Part shown: piece by piece, positions 1-8,880 of the stretch | How the letters are laid out: each line of letters opens with the position of its first letter | Numbering within the stretch: the first letter of the stretch is position 1 | From: Bdellovibrio sp. | Lineage (GTDB): Bacteria; Bdellovibrionota; Bdellovibrionia; Bdellovibrionales; Bdellovibrionaceae | Direction: 5' to 3' | Assembly (NCBI GenBank): GCA_036676395.1 | Contig: JAKFCY010000002.1 | Coordinates: forward strand, 96,001 to 160,000 | DNA length: 64,000 bases | Made by a program: the position numbers and the translations under genes | The notes under the pieces: model-generated | The model's input: the letters and a program-made list of their open reading frames with translations, nothing else | Databases searched by the model: none | Told to the model about the DNA's origin: nothing

Positions 1-1
1 A

Positions 2-340
2 ATGGAAGTTAAAGGTCGTGACTTAGTGGCTGGGGCTCCGAAAACTATCGAGATCACAAGCACACAAATCAATGATGCTTTAATGGACCCATTAGCTGAG
101 GTTATCGACGCCGTTCGTACAGCCTTAGAAAAAACGCCACCTGAACTAGCTTCAGATATCGTGGATAATGGTATTGTTTTAACTGGCGGTGGAGCACTAT
201 TAGCTAACCTGGATATCTTAATCAGAGAAAGAACTGGACTACCAGTTTCTATCGCTGAAGACCCATTAACATGCGTTGTAATGGGGTCGGGTAAGGTCCT
301 AGACCAAATTGACCTACTCAGCCAGCTAACTATTGATTAA
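2..340 (+). CDS. mreB: Rod shape-determining protein MreB, C-terminal part (5' end outside window)
   Basis: [38 protein letters not shown] and [13 protein letters not shown] are hallmark MreB C-terminal motifs. No mreC/mreD follows. Confidence 0.96.
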   Translation: MEVKGRDLVAGAPKTIEITSTQINDALMDPLAEVIDAVRTALEKTPPELASDIVDNGIVLTGGGALLANLDILIRERTGLPVSIAEDPLTCVVMGSGKVLDQIDLLSQLTID

Positions 341-349
341 TATTGAAGA

Positions 350-1681
350 ATGCCGATTGAATCCTTCAAAAAACTTTGGGTAAGTTGCCACTTACTTTAT
401 CCGAATCCATCGCAAGCGCGCGATATTTTCGGTTTGATTGTTGAATCAGGCATTGATCATAAAAGTTCTGCTTATGGCCAAGTTTTTCAGGGCCTTCAAA
501 AATTATATAAAATTTATCGTCGTCGGATCCCGGTAAAATCGGGATCTAATAATTTTGAATTCACAATGACGCCAATGAATTATTGGAAGCGCGTCTTACA
601 AAAATGCAATAAAGACGAAACCTTTATCGTGATGGTGATTCTTTTAGAATTAGCTACGTTTAAAGATATTTCGCGCATGACTCGTATTGCTGAAAGCAAA
701 GTTAAATATTTATTTAATCAAAGTATTAAAAAAATGATTTCTTCGCCGGCCTTACGTTTCGAACAAAAAAAAGAAATTAAACTTAAAGAATACAACAGCC
801 ACGATATAACAGCTTTATTTGTTAGTGAATATTTGATTGAACACACCTTGGGTTTAACCGAAGGTTCTGTGGCTGAAAAAATGGAAGCTAAGCTTAAAGA
901 TAATAATCGCTATGCAGATTATCGTAGCGAAATTTTAAAATTTAAAGCCGAACTCGTTGATTTAACTGTCAGTCATCACTTTGATGAAGTGATGAAGATC
1001 TATGGTAATACAGCGCAGTTACAGAATTTAAAAAAATTAGAAGTTAAACAACAAAAAAGAATTTTTACAGGGCTCGTGTTTTTAATCATAATCGTCATCG
1101 GTTTGATTTTACGGCCATCATTTTTAAAAACTCCGATGAGCGAAATTAAAGCCACTAAAGTTGTTTTAGAAGAAATTGAAATTTCAAAAAAAGAGGCTCC
1201 TGAGGGCCAAGAAATATCAACTGCGGCAGCCACAACAAGTATGACAACCAGTGTTTCGATGCCTGTTGTGGTCAGCAACAAAGTGGCGGCCGTGATTTCG
1301 GCCCCAGTTGTAGCAAAAGCAAAACCAATCATTACCGCAGCCACCCAAAAGAATACGACGGCTTCGGCGCCGGGGAAAATGGTTGCGACGACCGGAGTCT
1401 ACCGCGGTACTATTACTGTGACAGATTTCGAACAGGTCACATCTATTATTCGTGACCGTGTTATTGCTGTCGGTGGTAAAAAAGCCGGCGAAGTTGAGTT
1501 AGGTTGGATTAAAAATCAGAACATTAGTTATTTTCATTTTATTTTTCCGACTGAAAAACGTGAAGAAATCGTAACTTTTATTCAGCAGTACGGAAATTTA
1601 AAATATAAATTTGAGCCCCATCCGCGAGTGCTGCCGCTAGGTCAAAGTCGTTTTATTATCGAGGTACGTAAAGGTGAGTAA
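350..1681 (+). CDS. Membrane-anchored hypothetical protein; probable degenerate ECF sigma / anti-sigma / DUF4349-like fusion
   Basis: 443-aa ORF. Region-4-like helix pattern (TFKDISRMTRIAESKVKYLFNQSIKKM), anti-sigma-like segment, one TM helix (IFTGLVFLIIIVIGLIL), Ala/Thr/Val-rich linker. Domain calls are by eye. Confidence 0.5.
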   Translation: MPIESFKKLWVSCHLLYPNPSQARDIFGLIVESGIDHKSSAYGQVFQGLQKLYKIYRRRIPVKSGSNNFEFTMTPMNYWKRVLQKCNKDETFIVMVILLELATFKDISRMTRIAESKVKYLFNQSIKKMISSPALRFEQKKEIKLKEYNSHDITALFVSEYLIEHTLGLTEGSVAEKMEAKLKDNNRYADYRSEILKFKAELVDLTVSHHFDEVMKIYGNTAQLQNLKKLEVKQQKRIFTGLVFLIIIVIGLILRPSFLKTPMSEIKATKVVLEEIEISKKEAPEGQEISTAAATTSMTTSVSMPVVVSNKVAAVISAPVVAKAKPIITAATQKNTTASAPGKMVATTGVYRGTITVTDFEQVTSIIRDRVIAVGGKKAGEVELGWIKNQNISYFHFIFPTEKREEIVTFIQQYGNLKYKFEPHPRVLPLGQSRFIIEVRKGE

Positions 1682-3614
1682 AAAGAAAACTTCAACTTTA
1701 GGTAAGAATTATCGCTCGTTAAGATCAATTTTAATTGTCTGGTTTACCTTGTTTTCGATTATTCCTTTATTGTTTGTTGGTTGGTATTCAGTTTTTAAAT
1801 TCGAAAAAGCCTTTGACCAGGAAGTTTCTCAGCGTTTACAGGGTAATGGCCGCGAAATAGAATCGATCTTGGCTGATTATTATCGCGCAGTGCAAACACA
1901 AAAAGACCGTTATGCGATTGACCCCCAGGTGGCGGCATCGCTGGCTATGGCCGACCGGGGCTCATTAAATAGTATTTCTATTGATTGGATTAGCCGAAGC
2001 CCGATTACAGCGCTGTCTTTTTATGACCGCGACGGGCGTTTGATCACCACTTCGTATCGTGATGATAAGAATCAGATTCGCCATTTTGAATTGACGGCCG
2101 AAAAGATTTTATTAAATGAAAAATATTTATCAAATTTAAAAGACAAAACAGACATTGGCTTTGTTGATGAATCAAAAACCAAGGTGTCATTAATTTTATT
2201 TTCAAAAGTGATGAATGCTAATGGTAAACACGTTGGTTATTTTGAACAAATCATAGAATTAAAAGAATCATTTTTAACGCGTGTTCGCTCGCGTTTAAAA
2301 ATCGAATCATTTTTAATTTCAGATAAAAAAGAAATGATCGCGGCATCACGTAATGAATTTCGTGGAATCAACTTAGTTGGCAGCAAAATTTCTGATGATA
2401 AGTTAGTTGATTATAATCTTTATAATCAAAATTACGGCTTTATTTTGTACCCCTTAAGCTGGGATAGATCAAAATTCTTTATCGGTCTTGGAACCTTAAA
2501 AAAAGATTCGCAAGCCATCTTAAAAAACGTAAACATCGCTTTCGTGACAGTCGTTTCAGTAGTTTCGGTGTTTCTGATTCTAACAATTTTAATCACTACG
2601 AACTGGTTCTTAAAACCGGTTGAACGTTTAATGAATGGATTTAAATCGTTTGATCGCAACGAACAGCTGACCCAGCTTCCGGTAAATAATAAAACCGAAA
2701 TTGGTCTGTTAACCGAAGCTTTCAATGAAATGAGTTATAAAGTATTTCAGGCGCGAATGGATTTGCGCAAAAAAATCAAAGAGCTTGAAAAAACAAATTC
2801 TGAACTTGTTGAAGCCCAAACCAAACTCGTTCATTCGGCGAAAATGACAAGCTTAGGTCAGCTTGTGGCCGGTGTTGCGCATGAATTAAATAACCCGATA
2901 GGCTTTATTTACAGTAATATGACACATTTAAAAGAATACACGGATAACCTGTTTAATGTGATTGATTCAGTTAAAGATCAAGACCCAGAAGTTCGTAAAA
3001 AAATCTCTGATATGGATTACGAATTCGTCAAATCAGATCTGCCTAGGTTAATTAAGTCTTGCCAAGACGGTGCACAAAGAACCCGTGATATCGTGATTGG
3101 TCTGCGCAACTTCTCGCGTTTAGAAGAGGCCCAGCTTAAAGAAATCGATATTCAGGAATCTTTAGACACCACGCTTGAAATTTTACAAAGTGAAATTAAA
3201 AACCGGATTGTCGTGCATAAACAGTATGAGCCTATCCCAAAAGTATTGTGTTTTGCTTCGCAAATTAACCAGGTTTTCATGAATATTTTAGCTAATGCCT
3301 TGCAGGCGATTAAAGATAACGGCGAAATCTGGATTACGACGATCCCGTTAAAAGCTGGCCCTGATCAAATCGGCAGAGTGCAAATTTCTGTGCAGGATTC
3401 TGGATCTGGAATGGACGCGCAAACTTTAGAAAAAATCTTTGAACCATTCTTCACGACCAAAGGTGTAGGGCAAGGCACGGGGTTGGGATTAAGTATTTCA
3501 TACGGAATTATCCAAAATCATGGCGGCGAGATTCAGGTGCGGTCACAAAAAGGGGTAGGCACTGAGTTCGTAATTATTATTCCGATCAACCCGCCAAAAA
3601 ATTTGCGCGTTTGA
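1674..3614 (+). CDS. Membrane sensor histidine kinase (periplasmic sensor, HAMP, HisKA, HATPase)
   Basis: Two TM helices, H-box GVAHELNNP, N-box QVFMNILANA, DSGSG, FEPFFTTK, GTGLGLS. Confidence 0.95.
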   Translation: MSKKKTSTLGKNYRSLRSILIVWFTLFSIIPLLFVGWYSVFKFEKAFDQEVSQRLQGNGREIESILADYYRAVQTQKDRYAIDPQVAASLAMADRGSLNSISIDWISRSPITALSFYDRDGRLITTSYRDDKNQIRHFELTAEKILLNEKYLSNLKDKTDIGFVDESKTKVSLILFSKVMNANGKHVGYFEQIIELKESFLTRVRSRLKIESFLISDKKEMIAASRNEFRGINLVGSKISDDKLVDYNLYNQNYGFILYPLSWDRSKFFIGLGTLKKDSQAILKNVNIAFVTVVSVVSVFLILTILITTNWFLKPVERLMNGFKSFDRNEQLTQLPVNNKTEIGLLTEAFNEMSYKVFQARMDLRKKIKELEKTNSELVEAQTKLVHSAKMTSLGQLVAGVAHELNNPIGFIYSNMTHLKEYTDNLFNVIDSVKDQDPEVRKKISDMDYEFVKSDLPRLIKSCQDGAQRTRDIVIGLRNFSRLEEAQLKEIDIQESLDTTLEILQSEIKNRIVVHKQYEPIPKVLCFASQINQVFMNILANALQAIKDNGEIWITTIPLKAGPDQIGRVQISVQDSGSGMDAQTLEKIFEPFFTTKGVGQGTGLGLSISYGIIQNHGGEIQVRSQKGVGTEFVIIIPINPPKNLRV

Positions 3615-3644
3615 TTCAAACTGAGACAGGCCGCTAAACTATTT

Positions 3645-3671
3645 TAAGTTCATCCGGGTTTATGCCGATAA
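3645..3671 (+). promoter_or_regulatory. Sigma-28 (FliA)-type promoter
   Basis: TAAG (3645-3648), exactly 15 nt, GCCGATAA (3664-3671), just upstream of the 3679 ORF. Confidence 0.75.
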
Positions 3672-3678
3672 GCTAGAC

Positions 3679-4239
3679 GTGCAAGGCATCAATAAATTTC
3701 TTAATTTAGTGATCATTTTAGGTTGTGTGGTAATCGGTTATTTTTTTTATCAAGCCAAAACTGAAAATGATAAATCAGTTCGAGCTCAGCAGCATTCTGC
3801 AGAGCAAAGTTCTGTGCGCCCTGCAATGGATCCGCAAGATTTAGCCAATAAATATCTGCAGCAAGCCCAGCAAAATTTAGCAGCTGATAAGATCAAGGCC
3901 GAGATCAACATTAAAAAAGCAATGATAGAATCTCAACAAGCACATAATCCAAAAGTCGTTGAAACCGATCCATCTAAGGTGCCAATTGATCAACAGATTT
4001 GGAAAGACCCAGTTGAGCAAAAGCCGCTTGATCAGCGCTATTCAGAACATTTAGCTCCTAAAAATGGTGAAATCGACAAACAAGAATACATTCGTCAATT
4101 TAAAGAAAATGCGCGCAAAAATGGTTACGAAATCACGGTGAACGACGATCTTGAAGTTACAAGCGTTACACCAATTCGTAAACCCCAAAATTCAAAAAAC
4201 GACTATGATTCAAATGGTTCGTCTGAATCAGAATACTAG
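3679..4239 (+). CDS. Hypothetical protein with N-terminal membrane anchor
   Basis: 186-aa ORF, N-terminal hydrophobic helix, Gln-rich soluble remainder. Confidence 0.75.
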   Translation: MQGINKFLNLVIILGCVVIGYFFYQAKTENDKSVRAQQHSAEQSSVRPAMDPQDLANKYLQQAQQNLAADKIKAEINIKKAMIESQQAHNPKVVETDPSKVPIDQQIWKDPVEQKPLDQRYSEHLAPKNGEIDKQEYIRQFKENARKNGYEITVNDDLEVTSVTPIRKPQNSKNDYDSNGSSESEY

Positions 4240-4260
4240 TTATCTGCTTTCAGCAGAATA

Positions 4261-4677
4261 CTAAAACAGTTTAGCATCACTAAAACTAAAATACTTATCC
4301 TGCGTGTAAATCATGTGATCTAGGATGGGAATTTCTAATAACTTTGCACATCGTAATAGTTTTTTTGTAATGCGAACATCTTCAAGCGATGGTTCAACGC
4401 TTTGGCTGGTGTGATTATGCGCAATAATCATCGCATAGCAGTTTGCATGCACAGCTTCGCGAAACAAATCGCGCGGATGAATCTTGCACGAATTCAGTGT
4501 TCCCTTGTGCACCATGACGGTTTTTATGAGTTCCATCTGATGTGTTAAGTACACACCCCAGAATTCTTCGGCATGGGGGTTAAAGTTAGGTCGTAGCAGT
4601 TCAAATACTTTTTGAGCATTATCGATAATCTGATTAGGTTTGGCGCTGAAATCGTTATCGGTGGGGATCTTAGTCAT
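4261..4677 (-). CDS. RadC-like JAB domain protein (stand-alone JAB domain)
   Basis: EEF..., GTLNSCKIHPRDLFREA, AHNHTS...PSLED, LDHMI match the RadC JAB motif. No N-terminal HhH part. Confidence 0.9.
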   Translation of the reverse strand: MTKIPTDNDFSAKPNQIIDNAQKVFELLRPNFNPHAEEFWGVYLTHQMELIKTVMVHKGTLNSCKIHPRDLFREAVHANCYAMIIAHNHTSQSVEPSLEDVRITKKLLRCAKLLEIPILDHMIYTQDKYFSFSDAKLF

Positions 4678-4688
4678 AATGGCTTTTT

Positions 4689-4704
4689 AGCAACATAACG
4701 ACCT
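4689..4704 (-). promoter_or_regulatory. Candidate sigma-54 promoter of the radC-like gene
   Basis: Minus strand AGGTCGTTATGTTGCT = GG-N10-GC; predicted start site falls almost at the ATG. Confidence 0.4.
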
Positions 4705-4805
4705 AAGTGAGGCAAATTATATTGTTTGTCGCACTTGATTATCGTCCGGAAGATCGCTTCTCGTTTTCATTCGGATCGTCTATGATTATTAGCAAGAGGT
4801 ACATC

Positions 4806-5396
4806 ATGAAAACTTTTGTTCTACTTGTTATTGTTTCTTTATCTATTTTATCGTGCGGTCCGAAAGCGTTTGTAAAAGGCACTTACGAAGATCCACAAAA
4901 AGAAAATCTTTTAAATGACCAATGGTCTGAAACAGACATGCAAGTCATGGTGAAAGAACTTGTGGCTTCAATGTTAGCTCATCCAGTGATTGCTAACGCA
5001 AAAACTCCACCGGTTGTGATGTTCACTAAGCTTAAAAACGATACGAGCGATCATATCGATACACAAAGCATTATCGACATGATGGCGGTTGAGCTTGGTA
5101 ACACAGGTAAAATCGTATTCGTAAATAAAGAAGCGCGTGATGACGTTGCAGACGAATATAACTATCAAAACTCGGGAATGGTTTCTGCTGAAACTAAAAA
5201 AGGGCCGGGCGGGCAAACTGGAGCAGATTACTTCATTGATGGACGTATCGCTTCGATCACTCAGCAAGTAGATAAAGATAAGACTGTGTATTACAAGCTT
5301 ACTTTGAGTTTAACGAATCTTCAAAAGAACACGAAGGTTTGGTCTAATCATAAAGAGATTCGTAAGAAGTTTAAGAAGAAAACTATTGGTTTATAA
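4806..5396 (+). CDS. lpoB: Penicillin-binding protein activator LpoB-like lipoprotein
   Basis: Lipobox LSC, KNDTSDHIDT, GADYFIDGRI, YYKLTLSLTN. Start moved to ATG 4806 behind an AGAGG RBS (ORF track gives 4707). Confidence 0.8.
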   Translation: MKTFVLLVIVSLSILSCGPKAFVKGTYEDPQKENLLNDQWSETDMQVMVKELVASMLAHPVIANAKTPPVVMFTKLKNDTSDHIDTQSIIDMMAVELGNTGKIVFVNKEARDDVADEYNYQNSGMVSAETKKGPGGQTGADYFIDGRIASITQQVDKDKTVYYKLTLSLTNLQKNTKVWSNHKEIRKKFKKKTIGL

Positions 5397-5406
5397 TTGA
5401 TCAAGA

Positions 5407-5437
5407 AGGCTCTGACTCAGTCAGGGCTTTTTTTTTT
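5407..5437 (+). terminator. Rho-independent terminator after lpoB
   Basis: GGCTCTGAC-TCA-GTCAGGGCT hairpin followed by a long T run. Confidence 0.8.
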
Positions 5438-5523
5438 ACCTTTAAATCACAGCATTTTATCTGATTTTTAGCGCAAGAAAGATAAAGCGAAGTGGGAACT
5501 TCGTAAGATTCAGTTTTAGTTAC

Positions 5524-5548
5524 AAAAAAGCCGGCTTTTGGCCGGCTT
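5524..5548 (-). terminator. Rho-independent terminator after the phaR-like gene
   Basis: AAGCCGGC / GCCGGCTT stem; A run on the + strand is a U tract on the minus strand. Confidence 0.75.
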
Positions 5549-5553
5549 AGTAA

Positions 5554-6126
5554 TTACTGATTAAAATTTTGATTGCTGCTAGTTGGAAGAGGAAGATTTG
5601 GTGTCTCTTCTTCTTGGCTCGAACCAGGAAGCACAGTCGCTTTTTCAGCTACAACTTTTGAAGTTGCGTCTGCCGTATTTAAACGGGCAGCTGAAGCTAC
5701 GCGGTTTTCCAAGTTTTGCTTAATATCATCAGTTGATGCTCTTTCAACATTTACAGTTACAGCAGCTTGTTTAGTCATGTAGTCGATTGGGAATGCGCCC
5801 AATTTAGCTAAATAACTAGAAATGCTTCCGTTACCATGTTGAATGATTTCGCGTAATGTGAAAAGCGGAGCGTACTGAGAAGCTTTTTTCTCTGATTCAA
5901 AAATGATCTGAGTTAAAGTTGCTGCAGTAATATCATTTTTCGACTTATTGTCGATAACCATCACTTCTTCGTTAGAGCGAATCATCTTCGCGATATCATC
6001 CAGCGTTACGTAACAGCTTTGTTTAGTGTCATAAAGCTTACGATTTTGATAGCGCTTGATAATCTTAACTTTTGCGCTTGGTTTTGTGTTCAAACTATCC
6101 ATTTGATTCATCACAACGGCCTCCAT
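5554..6126 (-). CDS. PhaR-like regulator (PHB accumulation regulatory DNA-binding domain)
   Basis: IIKRYQNRKLYDTKQSCYVTLDDIAKMIR...VIDNKSKNDITAATLTQII is the PHB_acc_N signature. Confidence 0.88.
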   Translation of the reverse strand: MEAVVMNQMDSLNTKPSAKVKIIKRYQNRKLYDTKQSCYVTLDDIAKMIRSNEEVMVIDNKSKNDITAATLTQIIFESEKKASQYAPLFTLREIIQHGNGSISSYLAKLGAFPIDYMTKQAAVTVNVERASTDDIKQNLENRVASAARLNTADATSKVVAEKATVLPGSSQEEETPNLPLPTSSNQNFNQ

Positions 6127-6226
6127 TTGCCCAGGCTAGTAACTTAATTTCAGACCTTAAAGAGCTAAACAAGATGAAGATTTCTAAAGCCTAAAACTGA
6201 AGCTTTTCGCCTATTTATTCGATGGC

Positions 6227-6255
6227 AAGTTAGCCCTGGCGCCACCCTATGTCAA
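6227..6255 (-). promoter_or_regulatory. Sigma-70-type promoter of the phaR-like gene
   Basis: Minus strand TTGACA-N17-TAACTT. Confidence 0.7.
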
Positions 6256-6535
6256 GTAAGTCGACGGTTTATATAAGTGAATAGGTTAAATGACGGAGTA
6301 TGCCTAAATGCCTTATAATTAAGGTCATTTTTACCCTACCCAAGATGAAATAAAACTTAGTCTTTTCAGACACTTAAGTATAAATAAAAAATGGTCTAGT
6401 TTTTTCTTAAATTTTTCTTAAAAGCCGTTGACTCAAATTTTGGGGTCTAGTTTTGCGAAATCATCACACATTCCAACGCTCTAGACTCGAGCATCTGAGC
6501 GGTTTCTGCCGATAAATCCCGTAATAGGAGTGTTC

Positions 6536-8359
6536 ATGAAAACTCTCAAAATTTCGGGCGTACTAAGTTTGTTTTTTATTACAGCGTGTGTTTCGACACC
6601 GTACCCCTACTATGACTCGTCGATGAATGATCATAACCGTGCACCAGCGTCACTGGGTGTTCCGCAGAGTGCGTCAGAGATTGATGAAAGCAGTGTTGAA
6701 AAACAAGCGCAGGCAGACTTTTTATTTTTAAAAGCAGATTTAGAATCTTCAGATGGCGAACAGGCGTCATCGATTGAATATTTAAAATCGGCAATTCAAA
6801 TTGATCCAGACTCTGTGGTTTTGATGCAGAAGCTTTCTGTCGAGTATTACAAAAAAGGGCAGGTCAGTGACGCGATCTATTGGATTTCAAAAGCTTTAGA
6901 TAAAGATCCAAAAAGAAAAGATAACCTTTTGCTTTATGGTTCGATGTTAATGGCCAAAAAAGAGTTCGATAAAGCTGAAGTGGCATATAGTAAAATAATC
7001 AAGAATTACCCTAATGATGCAGAAGCTTATTTGTACTTAGGCGCATTACACTCTGAGAAAAACGATTTCACAAAAGCACATAAGTATTTTAGCAAAGTGA
7101 TCACAATCGGCACTTATGAGCCAAAACATTTACCGTATTACTATCGTGCACGTTCAATTTTAGATTCTGGCAAAAAAGAATTATTTGGTTCGGCAAAAAA
7201 AGATTTAACTAAAGTATTTGAACAAAAACCGGATTTTTTAGAAGCGATTCAGATTTATTCAAGCATCGTTGAAAAAACCGAAGGCAAACAAGCGGTTTTT
7301 AAATTCTACATTGATTATCAAAAAAAATACGGTTCTGTGACTCGTTTAGCTGAAGTCTTATCGCAGTATTACATTGAAAAAGATCAATATGATAAAGCTT
7401 ACGAACAACTAGAGTTCATCGAAGCTAACACTGATGATCCAATTCAAGTTAAATTAAAAATGGCTTTAATCCTAATCGATAAAAAGAATTATGGTAAGGC
7501 GATGACTAAACTTGAAGAGCTAAATGTGGTTGTGCCCGAGTCAGATAAAGTGAAATTCTATTTATCTGCTGTTTATGAAGAACTAAAACAACCAGAAAAA
7601 GCTATTCAAAGTTATTTGTCGATTCAGCCTACAAGCAATCATTATGATGATGCTCGTGTGCGTGCTGCGTTTTTACTTAAAAATACACAACAATTAGATA
7701 AAGCTTTAAAAACAATGAAAGACGCTGTAGCCAATAAAAAAGAAAATTTACAGCTTCATTTTATGTTGGCGCAGATCCAAGAAGACAGTACTCAGTATAC
7801 TGACGCTGTTGTAACTTTAAAAAAAGCTGATGATCAGTTTCCAAAAAACACGCAAGTGCATTACTTTTTAGGAACATTATATGATCGTCTTGAGAAAAAA
7901 GATTTAATGCTTAAACATATGCGCCAAGCGGTAAGTTATGATGATAAAAATCATCAAGCTATGAATTACGTAGCGTATTCGATCACTGAAATGGGTGGCG
8001 ATTTAGCTGAAGCTGAACAATTAGCTTTAAAAGCCTATGCTTTACAAAAAGATGATGCATTTATTATCGATACTTTAGGTTGGGTGTATTACAAAAAAGG
8101 CGAATACGTAAAAGCTTTAAATTATATCGAAAAAGCACATGAGCTTTCACCAGATGTTGGTGTCATTGCTGAGCACTTGGGTGATGTGTACTTAAAACTT
8201 CAAAAAGATGATAAAGCCCGTAACGCTTATTTAAGAGCGCGTAAAGAAGAAAAAGACACAGCTCGTCTGAAAACTTTAGACGGAAAAATCACTTCGCTTG
8301 AACAATTGGATTCGTCTTCGAAACGTAGCCCAGCTTCGTCTGATACTTCTTACCCATAA
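6536..8359 (+). CDS. Tetratricopeptide-repeat lipoprotein
   Basis: Lipobox ITAC, many TPR helices, C-terminal AMNYVAYS and IDTLGWVYYKKG motifs. ATG 6536 follows AGGAG. Confidence 0.88.
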   Translation: MKTLKISGVLSLFFITACVSTPYPYYDSSMNDHNRAPASLGVPQSASEIDESSVEKQAQADFLFLKADLESSDGEQASSIEYLKSAIQIDPDSVVLMQKLSVEYYKKGQVSDAIYWISKALDKDPKRKDNLLLYGSMLMAKKEFDKAEVAYSKIIKNYPNDAEAYLYLGALHSEKNDFTKAHKYFSKVITIGTYEPKHLPYYYRARSILDSGKKELFGSAKKDLTKVFEQKPDFLEAIQIYSSIVEKTEGKQAVFKFYIDYQKKYGSVTRLAEVLSQYYIEKDQYDKAYEQLEFIEANTDDPIQVKLKMALILIDKKNYGKAMTKLEELNVVVPESDKVKFYLSAVYEELKQPEKAIQSYLSIQPTSNHYDDARVRAAFLLKNTQQLDKALKTMKDAVANKKENLQLHFMLAQIQEDSTQYTDAVVTLKKADDQFPKNTQVHYFLGTLYDRLEKKDLMLKHMRQAVSYDDKNHQAMNYVAYSITEMGGDLAEAEQLALKAYALQKDDAFIIDTLGWVYYKKGEYVKALNYIEKAHELSPDVGVIAEHLGDVYLKLQKDDKARNAYLRARKEEKDTARLKTLDGKITSLEQLDSSSKRSPASSDTSYP

Positions 8360-8864
8360 TATGACTTAATACATAGGCTGCAACGATAGCGTAATCAACG
8401 CTAAGGAGTTGCAGCAATAATGTCGCGATCAGAAAAAACACCGTTAGTTTAAAAAAATAAAATTTACGAACTTTAATTTGCTGAATATTTTCTAGAAATA
8501 TTGCGGTGATGTTTGCGTCTTTATTGTAATCCAGAAAAAATGAAATTCCGAATAACAAAACAGCAAAGGCCACGAGCAAATGCAATAACCCGGCAAAAAT
8601 TAAAAGAAATAAGTTTAGTTCTTTCAGATAAATATTTGAAAATGATGCCACGGCACCCAGAAAAAAGAACATGGGTAATAAAGTTAATGAGTGAATCAAA
8701 CAATCGATTTGCGATTTTTTGCTAAATTCGGTTTGCCACAGGTAAAGACCCATTTGTTGCCACAGGATAATCAATAATATTGATCCGCCGGGAATGTCGG
8801 CCAGCCACAACATAAGAAAACTCGCTGCGTATAAAGAATAATGTTTTAATTTTAATTCTCTCAT
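8289..8864 (-). CDS. Hypothetical multi-pass membrane protein
   Basis: 191-aa highly hydrophobic ORF filling the gap between two + strand genes; 3' end overlaps the TPR gene. Confidence 0.6.
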   Translation of the reverse strand: MRELKLKHYSLYAASFLMLWLADIPGGSILLIILWQQMGLYLWQTEFSKKSQIDCLIHSLTLLPMFFFLGAVASFSNIYLKELNLFLLIFAGLLHLLVAFAVLLFGISFFLDYNKDANITAIFLENIQQIKVRKFYFFKLTVFFLIATLLLQLLSVDYAIVAAYVLSHIMGKKYQTKLGYVSKTNPIVQAK

Positions 8865-8880
8865 CTACACTAGATAGTAT

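Noticed and set aside
6428..6456. Sigma-70 or sigma-54 promoter for the TPR gene
   Set aside because: TTGACT has no -10 box at 17 bp, and the GG-N10-GC match has a poor -24 context.
6127..6535. ncRNA or riboswitch in the ~400-bp intergenic region
   Set aside because: No recognisable conserved structure; divergent promoters can explain the space. An Rfam scan would be needed to exclude one.
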